A stretch of 64,000 nt of DNA from the human T2T-CHM13v2.0 reference genome, Homo sapiens (GCA_009914755.4 CP068257.2:42688001-42752000); one strand, 5' to 3'. Shown: positions 28,139-43,417, counted from the stretch's first letter. The notes: generated by a model not told the origin, from the letters alone. Numbers and translations: made by a program.

Positions 28139-28359
28139 TTACACCATACTATTTTTGAGTGTATCTTCTTGTATCACTTTTTCTTAAAGGGGTTGCTCTA
28201 GATAGTATATTATATAATACAGCTTATCACAATCTGCTGATGTTGACATTTTACCAGTTTGAGTGAAATATAGAAACATTATCTCCTTTTACATCTCTGT
28301 CCCCTTCTTAATCTATAATATAATTGCTTGAAATATTTCTTCTACATATATTGAAATGA

Positions 28360-28688
28360 GGGCCGGGCATGGTGGCTTAAGCCTGTAATCCCAGCACTTT
28401 GGGAAGCTGAGGTGGGCGGATCACGAGGTCAGGAGATGGAGACCATCCTGGCTAACACGGTGAAACCCCGTCTCTACTAAAAATACAAAAAAAAAAAAAA
28501 AAAAAAAAAAAAAGCCAGATGTGGTGATGGCCGCCTGTGGTCGCAGCTACTTGGGAGGTTGAGGTGGGAGAGTGGCGTGAACCTGGGAGGCGGAGCTTGC
28601 AGTGAGCAGAGATCGGCGCCACTGCACTCTAGCCTGGGTGACAGAGCGAGATTCCATTTCAAGAAAAAAAAGAAAGAAAGAAAGAAAA
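28360..28688 (+). mobile_element. Alu SINE with an expanded 27-nt A-run in the middle linker
   Basis: GGGCCGGGCATGGTGGCTTAAGCCTGTAATCCCAGCACTTTGGGAAGCTGAGG... then A27 ... with an (AAAG)n tail. Confidence 0.9.
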
Positions 28689-28823
28689 CCATGTCAGATA
28701 GTGTTATAATTTTTGCTTCAGCCATCAAACATCAGTTACGAAATTCAAGGGGTTACTCTTTTTGTTATTCTTTCTTCCTTTCAGATATTTCAAAATTCCT
28801 TTTCTTGTTTCCTTTCTGTTTAG

Positions 28824-29220
<397 letters not shown>

Positions 29221-30260
29221 CTTTTAAAAGTTTTTATTTGTTTTTAGTTTTTGGAAGTTTAACTGTTGTGTGTCTTGGCATGTATCTCTTTGGATTTATC
29301 CTGTCTGGTGTTCACTCAGATTGTAGCGTGTGTAGGTTTATGTCTTTTTTGTCAAATATGGGAAATTTTGGCCATGACTTCTTTACATACATTTTCAGGA
29401 TCACTGTCTTTTTCTTTTCCTTCTGGAACTCTGAGCATGAATGTATGATCTTTTGTTATAGTGCTGCAGGTCCCAGAGGTTTTGTTTACTTGTGTATTTT
29501 TTCTTTGTTGTTGTTTGTTTGTTTTCTCTCTGTTGTTCTTATTGGGCAATTTCTACTGTTATATCTTCCTGCTCCTGGGTTCTTTCCTCTGTCTCCTCCA
29601 TCCTGCTGTTAGGTCCATCCTTTGAGTTTTTTATTTCGTTACTGCATTTTTCAGCTCTAAAGTTTGCATTTGGTATATCTTCTCTTTTTTTACTGGAAAT
29701 TTATATTTTTTCATTTGTTTTGAGCATGTTCATGATTGCTTGTTGAAGCATTTCTAATGTGGCTGCTTTAAAATCATTTTCAGATAATTCTAACATCTGT
29801 GTCATCTTGGCGTTGGTGGCTGTTAGCTGTCTTTTTTCATCCTGGTTGAGATTTTCCTGTCTCTTGTTAAAACTAGTGATGTTTGATTGAAACCTTGATA
29901 GTTTAGATTTTATGTTAAGAGACTCAAGATCTTGAGTTTTAGCTGGTCCTCTTGACATGTCTATGGTGAAGGAAGGAGGTCCCCCCATCACTGCCCCACA
30001 AAGGGTGAAGTCTAAGCCCCCCTGTAGCCTCCACTGATCCACTGACACTTCCTGGGGAGGCTTCTTGTTACTGCTGAGGGTGAGAAGAGCTCCAGCCCAC
30101 CATTAGGCCTTTGCTGCCTCCCCCATGGCTGGAAGGGCAGGTGCTTTGTTTTTGCTGGGTGGGGGAAGGTTGCGGCTTTCCACTGGGCCTCCTCTGATGC
30201 CTTCACAGGGAGCAGGAAGGGCACCACACTCCCTGGGTGACTGGTGCTGTGTCTTTGCAG

Positions 30261-30429
30261 GAAGGTGGTGTGTCAGTGTGGCTACACGCATGAGCAGCAC
30301 TTGGAGGAGGCTACCAAGCCCCACACCTTCCAGGGCACACAGTGGGACCCAAAGAAACATGTCCAGGAGATGCCAACCGATGCCTTTGGCGACATCGTCT
30401 TCACGGGCCTGAGCCAGAAGGTGAAAAAG
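30261..30429 (+). CDS. TRPM2: TRPM2 coding exon 3 (169 nt). Encodes (G)KVVCQCGYTHEQHLEEATKPHTFQGTQWDPKKHVQEMPTDAFGDIVFTGLSQKVKK.
   Basis: Acceptor gtctttgcag|G, donor AAAAAG|gttggt. It completes the split Gly codon from the previous exon. Anchored to ORF 30244..30462. Confidence 0.92.
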
Positions 30430-31114
30430 GTTGGTTTCCATCACTCTCGCTCTGAACTGTAGGTGGAGCTGCATGGCCCCACAGTGACACGCGGTGGTCG
30501 GCATTTCCTGGGGCAAGAGCAGGAGGCTGGCAAAACTCCAGGGTGCATAGAGCCCACTGCACAGCAAGGGAAGCGGCGGGGAGGGGCTCTGCAAGGCAAG
30601 CAAGACATGCACCCCACTCTCAGAGTGCTTGGCCATCTGCAAAGCAGGGTGGGGCACAGTGAGCTTTCTAGGAAGGTGCAAGCTGGGAGTGGTGAGTGAA
30701 TTCTGGCTGGGTGTCCTTGGGCGGCATTTGTCAGGGCCTGGGAGGGAGTAGGGAGGAAGGAGAGGGATGCAGGACACAGATGCGCTCAGGGTGTGCTGGG
30801 AGAATGGTAGGAAGGGTGTGGGGAGGGAGGGAAAAGCTGGGGGAAGGGGCCCAGGATAGCAGGGAGGCCCATGTGGCAAGTCTGGAAGCAAACGCCAGAG
30901 TCCTTGCGAGGAGTCTGGGCCAGGCATGGCGGGATCCAGGCTGAGCCTGGCCTGCAGGAGAGCGCTGTGAGGGTGCAGACTGCTGGAGGGAGGCCCAGGT
31001 GCAGGGTTAGGTTCTCTCGTGCACAACCTCACTGAGGTCCCTGGACCAGCCATCTCTGACCAATTCTCAGGCCCCATCCCAGGCCTGTGGAGTCAGAGGC
31101 TCAGCCCCTTGCAT

Positions 31115-31438
31115 GTTGACCAGCCTTCTGGAGGGTTCTGAGACTCGCGTGTTGACCAGCCTTCTGGAGGGTTCTGAGACTCGCGTGTTGACCAGCCTTC
31201 TGGAGGGTTCTGAGACTCGCGTGTTGACCAGCCTTCTGGAGGGTTCTGAGACTCGCGTGTTGACCAGCCTTCTGGAGGGTTCTGAGACTTGTGTGTTGAC
31301 CAGCCTTCTGGAGGTTCTGAGACTTGCGTGTTGACCAGCCTTCTGGAGGGTTCTGAGACTTGCATTTTGACCAGCCTTCTGGAGGGTTCTGAGACTTGAG
31401 TGTTGACCAGCCTTCTGGAGGGTTCTGAGACAGTGATT
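31115..31438. repeat. 36-bp minisatellite, 9 copies (GTTGACCAGCCTTCTGGAGGGTTCTGAGACTCGCGT), in a TRPM2 intron
   Basis: Direct reading. The units are contiguous with no spacers. Confidence 0.9.
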
Positions 31439-32420
31439 GGGTGCCACTGTCCTGGAGGTGGGGAGGGTGGCACTGATCTCTGTGCTGGCGTCTGGAGCCC
31501 TGAACTTGGTACCTGTCGAGTGTGACCTGTCCACTCAATGCATGGTGTTGCCATGAGGTGGCCAAAGAGGTTGAGTGGGGCAGGTCCCGGAGACGGGGTC
31601 ATGTGGCCCCAGGCTTCCTGGCTGGCACAGCCCCTGAGCCACCCTGTGTCACCATGACACGTGGGTGTTCTCCAGGCCCCTGGACCCCTCTGTCGCTGTG
31701 GTCACGGGGACAGTCCTGTTGTTGGGTTTCAGATGAGGGATTGAGGTATGGGGAGGCCCTACCTACCCTTTGTCTGACGCCACCGTGGCCGTGGCAGTGG
31801 TGGGTTTGAATCCAGCTGTGTCTGAGCCTGGGGTCTGGCTGCATCCCTCCCCCAACCCCCCGGCTTCTCCCAGCCCCCTCCCTGCAGCTGCCGACAGGGG
31901 CCGGTGGTGTGAGGGAGAAATGCCTGTGGCCTGACAGTGAGGGACGCCAGGGACACAGACCCTGTACTGCAGCAGGTCTGCCTCGAAGCCCGGGAGCGTC
32001 CACCATGCAGGCCACAGCCCTGCTCCTCCCAGGGAGACCAGCACCTCCAGATGCCTGGTGGACCCGGTGGGACCCACGTTCTGATGGTGACAGGCACTGT
32101 GCTTGTGGGTTAACTGGACCTTCTTTAGTGACAATGCCACCACATGGTTGTTTTGAGGGCACCTAATGGCATTTCTGGATTTCACCCATCACCTTTGTGT
32201 CTCTGCTAGGCCAATCCCGGCGGAGATTGCAGACCCCGCTGGGTCTCTTCAGACACAGCCCGCCTAGCGGAACAGGGAAAGTCCGCTGTGTACTTGGGAG
32301 GGTCTCCTGGAGGACGGGGGGCCAGAGTGACGACAGAACCTGGGAGAGCCGTGTTCAGACGGGAGGCCGAGGAAGCTGGGCCCACTGAGTCCCCAGGACG
32401 GGCCAGGGCACAGGGGCCAC

Positions 32421-32492
32421 AGAGCAGAGGGGATAGGGCAGAGGGGACAGGAGAGGGGACAGGAGAGGGGACAGGAGAGGGGACAGGAGAGG
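32421..32492. repeat. 12-bp repeat, 6 copies (AGAGGGGACAGG)
   Basis: Direct reading. Confidence 0.85.
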
Positions 32493-32924
32493 GGGCAGTG
32501 CTGGGTGCACAAGGACAGAAGGGCAGAGACCCCGGTGCAGGAGCTGATTAGACCCGGGGGAGGCAGGGCCCAGGCGCTACGGCGGGAATTGGAGTCTGTG
32601 CTGGCGCATGTTTGGGAGGCGCTCCCAAAATCGAGAGGAAGAGGAAAAAGTGGGTGCCGTGGGGGCACGAGGGCTGGGGGAGGTTTGCTGAGGGCGATCC
32701 TGGTCCCCAAAGGATGGCCTGATGCTCCTGGCTTGGGCCTCTCTGCCTCCCTCTTCTCTCGTGATCTGTGCCCTGCCCACATGGGGACCCCTTTTCTGGG
32801 TCTGAGCCGGAAAGGTGTGCGGTGTCTGCCGCCCGCTGGGGCCTCTCTGCATGGCCTGTGTGGGTCGGTGCTGTCCCTGACCACTGACACACAGGTTCCC
32901 TCCGCCGTTTTCCCTTTCCCGCAG

Positions 32925-33105
32925 TACGTCCGAGTCTCCCAGGACACGCCCTCCAGCGTGATCTACCACCTCATGACCCAGCACTGGGGGCTGGACGTCC
33001 CCAATCTCTTGATCTCGGTGACCGGGGGGGCCAAGAACTTCAACATGAAGCCGCGGCTGAAGAGCATTTTCCGCAGAGGCCTGGTCAAGGTGGCTCAGAC
33101 CACAG
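32925..33105 (+). CDS. TRPM2: TRPM2 coding exon 4 (181 nt). Encodes YVRVSQDTPSSVIYHLMTQHWGLDVPNLLISVTGGAKNFNMKPRLKSIFRRGLVKVAQTT(G).
   Basis: Acceptor ccctttcccgcag|TACGTC, donor ACCACAG|gtaactcgg. Anchored to ORF 32505..33362. This is the conserved TRPM MHR1 segment. Confidence 0.92.
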
Positions 33106-33357
33106 GTAACTCGGAGGCTGGAGGGACACGAGGCCCCGGCGGGTGGGGTGGGCTGTGGAGGCAGTGCTGGGGCAATCAGGGCCATCAGGACCCAAAAAGT
33201 CCCTGGGAGCCGCCGAGGCTGTGCCCCAGCCTGAGTCGGACCCATGCACCTCTCACCTGGGCACAGCTGCTCCCTGACGCCCGATGCTCCCACTGGCTTG
33301 CCTGTGGGCTGGAGATGGCTCAGTGCATGGCCCTGCTGGTGCCCAGGGCCAAGCAGA

Positions 33358-33478
33358 GATGAGAACCTTGGTGGCCTGGGAACCTTGGTGGCCTGAGAAC
33401 CTTGGTGGCCTGGGAACCTCGGTGGCCTGAGAACCTTGGTGGCCTGGGAATCTTGGTGGCCTGAGAACCTCGGTGGCC
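33358..33478. repeat. 17-bp repeat, 7 copies (GAACCTTGGTGGCCTGG), about 250 bp downstream of TRPM2 exon 4
   Basis: Direct reading. Confidence 0.85.
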
Positions 33479-34300
33479 TGGGTGCACGGCTGGGGCCAGC
33501 ACTGCAGGCCATTTGTAGGGGGTCAGCGAGAGTTCCCGGTCATCAAGCTTTCCATTATCGTGTTTTTCCATCAAAATCAGGGAAGGAGCATTATTATTTC
33601 CATCTCTTCACTTAAGGCAACTGCCTGGTTGGAGTCAAATCACCTCCCAAGGTTGCACCACTGGTGAGAGCCAGGCAGGGACCCAGTCCTGGTGGATGGT
33701 GTGAGATCCCAGGTGCCGTGACCTGGTGCCCCGCCCCACCCTAATTCCATGGGGAGGGGGCCCCAAGTCCTCAAGGCTCCCTGGGCCTCCCTGGAGGGGA
33801 CTGTGGATGAATAGTGAGGCCCTGAGGTGACTACTTGGCAATGTTGCGTCCGGATGGGCCTAGAGTCACCCTGCTCTTCCTGGGGTCTGGGGTCTGGTCT
33901 TTGCCTCGCAGTGGAGTCGTAACTGAGCCTGACTTGGCCTGCATGGCTCACAGAGTCCTCAGTTTCATTGTCTGCCTGGTGAGCGTGAGGCACGGCTGCA
34001 TCTTTTGACCTGTGAGTCCCACAGCCCTGCTTGTAAAATGACCAGACCTTTTCTCAGCCTGGTCACATGGGACTGGGTTTAACGCAGGTCACCATCCCAC
34101 AGGCTCTTTCTGAAGCTTTGCTGCCTCAAATAATGCCATGGATTTGTTCAGGTCTCACCTGCTCCAGGTCTTGATGTTGCATTTTTTTAGCTTTCAATAT
34201 CCGTGTCCTTGTTGTCCGCTTCCTGGCCCAAAGCCAGTACCACCTTTTCAATTGTTATCTTTCTATCTATCTATCTCCATCCTTCCATCCATCCATCTAT

Positions 34301-34902
<602 letters not shown>

Positions 34903-35348
34903 GGAGGTGTGTTTCTTACAGGGGTGGCTGCAAACCACCAGCAGCAGATGGCAGGTGGGAGGTGAGGGGCATCCTTCCTAGGGACCAGGCTGAGTGTTGG
35001 GAGCGAGGAAGCACTCTGCCGCACCTGGGTCCTGAAAGCTGGGAGGAAGAGGGAAAGCAAAATACAAGAATGCAGAGAGGTGCTGAGAACCGCGATCCTG
35101 AGACTGGGGCCTGAGGAGGCGGCAGGGACCGGGAGAGGGGCGGGGCCTGCTCCTGTTCCCACCCCACCTGAGCGCGTGGGAACCTCGGTTCCTTACACCT
35201 GATGCTGGTTTGAAAGCCCCTGAGTGAGGAGCTCTGCGTTGTTGGGGGCGGGGCATCGCTGAGCCTAGAAGGGCTCAGGCGTCAGGCTCCTGGGTGTCAG
35301 GGTGCCCCTCAGTGCTGTGGGGCCTGCCCACCCGTGCTCCTTCCCCAG

Positions 35349-35515
35349 GGGCCTGGATCATCACAGGGGGGTCCCACACCGGCGTCATGAAGCAGGTAGG
35401 CGAGGCGGTGCGGGACTTCAGCCTGAGCAGCAGCTACAAGGAAGGCGAGCTCATCACCATCGGAGTCGCCACCTGGGGCACTGTCCACCGCCGCGAGGGC
35501 CTGATCCATCCCACG
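35349..35515 (+). CDS. TRPM2: TRPM2 coding exon 5 (167 nt). Encodes (G)AWIITGGSHTGVMKQVGEAVRDFSLSSSYKEGELITIGVATWGTVHRREGLIHPT.
   Basis: Acceptor ttccccag|GGGCCTGG, donor CCCACG|gtgagtgcgg. Anchored to ORF 35294..35533. Confidence 0.92.
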
Positions 35516-35529
35516 GTGAGTGCGGCCCC

Positions 35530-35835
35530 CTAGGGAGGGGAGCCTAAGACCAGGGGTGTGGGTGAGGTCTGACTGGGCGCTGTGGGGAGCAGGTGGAGTG
35601 TACGGGGGCCGGGGTGTGGGTGACGTCTGACCGGGCGCTGCGGGGAGCAGGTGGAGTGTGCGGGGGAGGCGGGGTGTGGGTGACGTCTGACCGGGTGCTG
35701 CGGGGAGCAGGTGGAGTGTGCGGGGGAGGCGGGGTGTGGGTGACGTCTGACCGGGTGCTGCGGGGAGCAGGTGGAGTGTGCGGGGGAGGCGGGGTGTGGG
35801 TGACGTCTGACCGGGTGCTGTGAGGAGCAGGTGGA
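35530..35835. repeat. 60-bp G-rich minisatellite, 5 copies (CAGGTGGAGTGTGCGGGGGAGGCGGGGTGTGGGTGACGTCTGACCGGGTGCTGCGGGGAG), starting 15 bp downstream of the TRPM2 exon 5 donor
   Basis: Direct reading. Each unit contains GCAG|GTGGAGTG and GGGGGAGGCGGGGTGTGGGTG. Confidence 0.9.
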
Positions 35836-37014
35836 GTGTGCGGGGGAGGCGGGCACACTCAGGAGATTGGGTGCAACTCCCGGCCCACCCCTGACCCAGG
35901 TGACCCCGGACAAACGGCTAACTTGGCTGGACTCTGGTATCTCCCTCAAGGTTGTAAGAGGGGTCCACGTGACAGTCACTCGCTGCGAGGGTTCCGCTAA
36001 CAGAGCAGAGGGAGGGGGCGTGGCCAGCAGGCAGCTGGGTGGGGCTGAGCCAGGGCGATCCGACCCCGAACCGGAGCTTTTAGCACTTTGAGTCCCTGTA
36101 CTCAGAGGTCTCCTGCAGCCGGGAATCCCACTGTGCTGTGGTCCCTGGCAGCCAGCACCCACCCCCAGCTTCTCTGTCAAGGTTGAGGACGGAGCACTCC
36201 TGCCTCTGATTAACTGGACGCAGGAGAAGCAGTTGCTTTAATCCGGAGCCTTGAGTTGGGACAGATAATGAGTCATTCAACCAGATTTTCCAAGGACACA
36301 CTAACTTTGGTATGATGCGTGTGTGCCCCTGAATCCACGTGGTCAGGAAAGCCCAGGGAACACTGGCCTGTGACTCACTGAGCAGGTTCCCTTGTTACCC
36401 CGAGGGGTGATTTACTCCTCTGACAGTGACACGGACACTGTGCGTCCATTCCCCGGGCGGGCAGAGGACACTCCCAGATGCCCACGAGGGGCCCAGCAAG
36501 CACTGGCCAGCCCCAGCCCGGCCTTCGCCTTCCTTTGCGTCAGAATCATGAATGTGTCCGGCGGGGTCGGACTGGACCAGCTGTTGGGCTTTGTTTGCTC
36601 TTTTTACGAATTGAAAAACTGAAGCCAGGAGCGGCTGGGTGACGTCCCAGGTCACTCCTTACTTTCCTCCCCACGCTGAGTTCAGACGACTTCCCGTGAC
36701 ACCACTGTTGGTGGCGGAATGGGACTGTGGCTGCTTCCGCTCAGCCACGCTCCCTCTCTGTGGACGGCGGAGGGTGTGTGTCCCAGCCCGGCTGCCGCCC
36801 TCCCTTAGGTCTGTCTCCCGGGGCTGCTGTAACCCAGGCTCACAAACCTGGTGGCTTAAAGCAGCAGAAACTTAGTCTATCAGATCTGGAATCCGCGTCG
36901 ATTGGCCATCATCCAGCCATCGGTGTTGGCGGGGCCACCTCCCTCTAGGGCCTAGGGGAAGAGCATTCCTTGCTGCCTCCAGCGTCTGGGTGCTGATGGT
37001 ATTCCCTGGCCAGT

Positions 37015-37420
37015 GGCCACCTCCCTCCAGTCGCTGCCTCCGTGTCCCATGGCCGCCTCCCTCCAGTCTCTGCCTCCGTGTCCCGTGGCCGCCTCCCTCC
37101 AGTGTCTGCCTCCGTGTCCCGTGGCCGCCTCCCTCCAGTGTCTGCCTCCGTGTCCCGTGGCCGCCTCCCTCCAGTGTCTGCCTCCGTGTCCCGTGGCCGC
37201 CTCCCTCCAGTCTCTGCCTCCGTGTCCCGTGGCCGCCTCCCTCCAGTCTCTGCCTCCGTGTCCCGTGGCCGCCTCCCTCCAGTCTCTGCCTCCGTGTCCC
37301 GTGGCCGCCTCCCTCCAGTCTCTGCCTCCGTGTCCCGTGGCCGCCTCCCTCCAGTCTCTGCCTCCGTGTCCCGTGGCCGCCTCCCTCCAGTCTCTGCCTC
37401 CGTGTCCCGTGGCCTTCTCT
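37015..37420. repeat. 36-bp minisatellite, about 11 copies (CTCCCTCCAGTCTCTGCCTCCGTGTCCCGTGGCCGC), in a TRPM2 intron
   Basis: Direct reading. All six frames are stop-free, giving ORFs 36872..37495 and others. Confidence 0.9.
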
Positions 37421-37705
37421 GTGTGCCTGTGTCAAATCTCCCCCAAGAGTTCCGTAAGAACACTCGTGATGGCGTGTAGGTCCCACTAGGGTCATCTAGG
37501 GTGATGCCTTCATATCCAGATCTTTAACTGACATCTGCAAAGATGCTTTTCCAAACAAGGAAATGAGGAGCAGCACTTACCGGGTCCATGAGCAGGCCTT
37601 GATGTCTTTGGGTGGCCATGATTCAGCCAACTGCGGTCCTCCCTCTGACCTCAAAGATTTCTGTCCACTCCACAGGCAAAATATGTTCACACCATTGCCA
37701 GATCT

Positions 37706-38006
<301 letters not shown>

Positions 38007-38086
38007 ATCCCCTCCAACTACAAACCTGTTACAGCAGAAACTCCAAGATCAAAATCTCATGTAAATATCATAAGCTTGGCCGAGTG

Positions 38087-38378
38087 CGGTGGCTCACACC
38101 TGTCATCCCAACACTTTGGGAGGCCAAGGCAGGCATATCACCTGAGGTCAGGAGCTTGAGACCAGCCTGGTCAACATGGAGAAACCCCGTCTCTACAAAA
38201 AATTAGCCGGGCATGGTGGTAGGCGACTGTAATCCCAGCTACTGGGAGGCCGAGGCAGGAGAATCGCTTGAACCTGGGAGGCGGAGGTTGCAGCGAGCCA
38301 AGGTTGTGCCACTGCACTCCAGCCCAGGTGACAGAGCGAGACACCGTCTCAAGCAAAACAAAACAAACAAACAAAAAT
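38087..38378 (+). mobile_element. Alu SINE (TSD aaatatcat.agct)
   Basis: Canonical plus-orientation Alu. Confidence 0.9.
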
Positions 38379-38930
38379 ATCATCAGCTCAAAAGTCCCAA
38401 ATGTCATCATTTAAGTCAGGGACGCTGAAGACTCTGGGTCTGATCCATTCTGGGGCAGAATTTCTCTTCATATGTGCACCTGTGAGACCAGAAAACAAGT
38501 CACCTATCTCCAAAATACAAGGGAAGAGCAGGTGTAGCATCACAGCTGCAGACACTCTCATTCCCAATGGGGGAACACGGGAGGAACGAAGGCATCACCA
38601 GCCCCAGGCAATTCCAAAACCCGGCAGGCAGAATGCACTAGGTGATAAGACCGGGGAGACCCCTCTGTGGCTTGGGCACCCCCTACCCTGCTCTGTGTCC
38701 ACGGCCCTGCCTTCAGGACGATCCTTTTCCCTGAAGGTTATAGCTTTTAGTCTGCTTGAAGATTTTAAGGAGTCTGACGACCTTTCATTTTATCCCGTCT
38801 CTGTCCCTTTCAGTCCAAATTTGCAGTGTTGTTGTTGATATAACATTTGTGAAAACCTTGCAGTCCTCCTTTGAATGCCATAGGAATTTCTGCCAGTAGA
38901 CAAAAAGGGCTCTGCAGACCTTTCCTGTGA

Positions 38931-39342
<412 letters not shown>

Positions 39343-39605
39343 GTTGGCCTTCTCTTTAGAGTCTGCTTTTCGAACAGTGAATCTCTTTTCATTTTCTGCA
39401 TTATATGCGACCTGCATTATATGCGACCTGCATTATATGCGACCCGGATAGGCTGAGAATTTCCCACATCATCAAGTCCTGGTTCCATTTTGTCTGTCAG
39501 TTTTTCCCTCAATTTCTCTCTTTCCTTTTGCATTTTGTGAGAAGCAGCAAGAAAAAAAAGCCAGGCCACAACTTGAACACTTTGCTTGGAGATCTCTGCG
39601 GCTAA

Positions 39606-40233
<628 letters not shown>

Positions 40234-40737
40234 TGATTCAAGCACGTTACGTTTATTGTGCACTTTATTTCTATTATTACATTGTAATATATAATGCAGT
40301 AATCATACAGCTCACCATAATGTAGGATCAGTGGGAGCCCTGAGCTTGTTTTCCTGCAGCTAGACGGTCCCATCATCTGGGGGTGATGGGGGACAGTGAC
40401 AGATCATTAGGCATTAGATTTTCGTAAGGGGAGTACAACCTAGGTCCCTCGCATGCACAGTTCACAGTAAGGTTAGTATTCCCATGAGAATCTAATGCCG
40501 CGGATCTGACAGGAGGTGGAGCTCGGACAGTCACACACACGATGGGGAGCGGCTGTAAATAGGGATGAAGCTTCGCTCGTTCACCCACCACCCACCTCCT
40601 GCTGTGAGCAGCCCAGATCCTCACAGGCCACAGACCATTACCAGTCCATGGCCCACGGGGTGGGGGACCCCTGCTCTAGGGCAACAAAGCCCTCTCTGCC
40701 CTGCTCCTCACTTCCTTCTGAGCCCTTACTGCGAGTT

Positions 40738-41014
40738 GTTTTTTTTCTGAGACAGGGTCTCACTGTTGCCCAGGCTGGAGTATGTTGGTGCCATCCTCAG
40801 CCTTGACCTCCCGGGCTCAAGTGATCTTCCCATCTCAGCCTCCCAAGTAGCTGGGACTACAGGTGTGCACCACCATGCCCGGCTAATTTTTTCATTTTTG
40901 TAGACATGAGATCCGCTATGTCGTCCAGGCTGGTCTCGAACTCCAGGGCTCAGGTGATCCTCCCGCCTTGGCCTCCCAAAGTGCTGGGATTCCAGGCGTG
41001 AGCCACCGCGCCCG
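40738..41014 (-). mobile_element. Alu SINE
   Basis: Canonical minus-orientation Alu. Confidence 0.9.
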
Positions 41015-41640
41015 TCTCCGCAAGGCCTTTAATACCACATTCCCACCAACATTCTCTTCAAGGACGTTGAGATGTTTTCCATTCATGGTGCTTCTAAATC
41101 CTCCCGTCGTCTCCCCATTGCCGGTTTCAATGCCACTTCCACATTTTTAGGTGTTTGTTGCAGCAGCAGCCCACTTCCTCACCCCAGACCTGTATCCGTT
41201 TCCTGTGGCTGCCGTAACAAATGGCCTCAAGCCTGAAACAGCAGCATTGTGGTCTCTCACGTGTCTGGAGGACAGAACTCTGAAGTCAGGGTCACACGTC
41301 TGTTTCCCCGCCTCCTCCACTCCTGGGGGGTCCGGCTTTCTCCACTTGTGGCTATGTCACTTGCCCCTGCCTCTGTGGTCCCTCGGCCTCCTCTCCTGTG
41401 TGTGTCCCCCACCACCTCTCTCCTGTAAGGACACCTGTGATGGTATTTTGGGCCCACTCGGATCATCCAAGTTAATCTCATGTTTCGATCACATGTGCAA
41501 AGTCGCTTTCTCCAATAAGGCCACGTCCACAGATTCCAGGGACTGGGACCTGGTCTCTGTGAGGGCCGGTGTTCAGCCTGCTCGCGTTAGAGAGGCAGAG
41601 CTTTCCAGAAGCAGTGTCTGACGCTTCCTGGCCATCCCAG

Positions 41641-41821
41641 GGCAGCTTCCCCGCCGAGTACATACTGGATGAGGATGGCCAAGGGAACCTGACCTGCCTA
41701 GACAGCAACCACTCTCACTTCATCCTCGTGGACGACGGGACCCACGGCCAGTACGGGGTGGAGATTCCTCTGAGGACCAGGCTGGAGAAGTTCATATCGG
41801 AGCAGACCAAGGAAAGAGGAG
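41641..41821 (+). CDS. TRPM2: TRPM2 coding exon 6 (181 nt). Encodes [60 protein letters not shown](G).
   Basis: Acceptor ggccatcccag|GGCAGC, donor AGAGGAG|gtaggggag. Anchored to ORF 41569..41847. Confidence 0.92.
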
Positions 41822-41854
41822 GTAGGGGAGCTTGCTTTCGAGGGTGATTGGGCA

Positions 41855-42075
41855 GAGAGCACAGTGGGCTGGTCAGAGTGTCAGGTACAGCTGGTCACGA
41901 CCAGGACGTTCAACAGGCCTGGCGTTTGGCAGAGAGTGCAGTGGGCTGGTCAGAGTGTCAGGTACAGCTGGTCACAGGTCATTCGTGGCACTCGGCAGAG
42001 AGCGCGGTGAGCTGGTCAGACTGTCAGGTACAGCTGGTCACAACCAGGATGTTCATGGTACTCGGAACGTCCTCA
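41855..42075. repeat. About 70-bp tandem repeat, 3 copies (GGCTGGTCAGAGTGTCAGGTACAGCTGGTCAC...), starting 34 bp downstream of the TRPM2 exon 6 donor
   Basis: Direct reading. Each unit contains CAG|GTACAG. Confidence 0.85.
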
Positions 42076-42219
42076 GAACACACCTGGGTTTCTTTCCCGT
42101 GTCTCTTTATACTTTGTTCCAGGAGGGTCATCTTCTCTTGCCCATTTTAGCCAGTGGGAGGGCGGTCTGGGGGGCTGGCAGCTCACCTGTGTGCTCGCAG
42201 GTAATGGGCCAACCTACAT

Positions 42220-42352
42220 TTTTTTTGGGACAGGGTCTGGAGCGCAGTGGTGTGATCTCAGCTCACTGTAGCCTCGAACTTCTGGGCTCAAGGGATCCTC
42301 CCATCACCCTCCCAAAGTGCTGGGATTACAAGCTTGAACCACTGTGCCTGGC
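42220..42352 (-). mobile_element. Truncated Alu (about 135 bp). TSD cctacaatt.
   Basis: Poly(T), GGGACAGGGTCTGGAGCGCAGTGGTGTGATCTCAGCTCACTG...CCCAAAGTGCTGGGATTACAAGC. Confidence 0.8.
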
Positions 42353-42687
42353 CCTACAATTATTTTAAACCTTGATCATGGTCTGCTCTCAGGTTCAGAA
42401 ATCAGAATGTACGATAGTCAAAACTTAGGATTTGATACCTTTTTCCTCATAGGTGGGATGGGATGGGTTTGAGGACGTCGGGAGGTCAAGTGCGGGGTTT
42501 TGCATATCACTTGAGGAGGGTTCAAAGAGGAGATGGTGAACGGGAGGTGTCTGACCTGTGGCTGGGTGGGCTGGGGTCCCTTGCAGGGTTCCTTGTGCAT
42601 CGAACTCCCCTGGAGGGTTCCTCACCAGCTTGTGGGCCCCAGCCCCAGGGTCCAACTCAGCAGCTCCAGGTGGGCTGAGAACTTGCA

Positions 42688-42912
42688 TTAGGAGCACGTT
42701 CCCTGGTGAGGGCGATGCTGCAGTTCAGGGACCAGGGACCACACTTTGAGAACCCTGCTTGACTAGTAGGAGCACGTTCCCTGGTGAGGACGATGCTGCA
42801 GTTCAGGGACCAGGGACCACACTTTGAGAACCTGCTTGACTAGTAGGAGCACGTTCCCTGGTGAGGGCGATGCTGCAGTTCAGGGACCACACTTTGAGAA
42901 CCTGCTTGACTA
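42688..42912. repeat. About 80-bp tandem repeat, 3 copies (TAGGAGCACGTTCCCTGGTGAGGGCGATGCTGCAGTTCAGGGACC...)
   Basis: Direct reading. Confidence 0.85.
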
Positions 42913-43417
42913 GGACATCTGGGGTGGGATGTGTGGGTGAGTGTGTGAAGACGATGGGCCCATGGGGGGCTCACAGACAGAGTTTGCTGCCTGGGGAAAG
43001 GGGTTGCCAAGTCCTTCTCAGGCTCCACTGCTGTTGGGCTGGATGAAGTTCAGGGTGGGGCTGGGCGGATGGACACAGGATGGACGTGCCGCATGCTGCT
43101 CGCATCCACGCGTGGCAGGTTGTGCCACCTGCTTGGGGCCTCAGCTCTGATTGTCCATAGCCCCTCTCCCTCCCTCCCAAGAAAGCAGGCAGGGGTGGAT
43201 GGGAAGCAAGCGAGCGGGGAAGTGTGGGTGGCGGGGGGCTCTTGAGTCTGCTCATTGATGTGGAACAGGCAGGTCCCCTGGGAATGTGGAGCTTTGACTT
43301 TAAACGGCGACTCAGCACTGGCAAGAGGCCTCCCAGCAGGTGCTTCAGTGTGTGGTTAGGCTGGAGCCAGCAGGGGGCAGGGGAGAGTGCCCTCAGTGCA
43401 GGGTCTTGCCCCCCACC

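Noticed and set aside
31115-31438. A regular array of nine identical-length 36-bp direct repeats, superficially CRISPR-like. The same applies to 37015-37420.
   Set aside because: The units are contiguous with no unique spacers, and the context is a human intron. They are minisatellites.
36872-37495. Six-frame stop-free ORFs (207, 172, 158, 155 and 145 aa)
   Set aside because: They are periodic translations of the 36-bp minisatellite.
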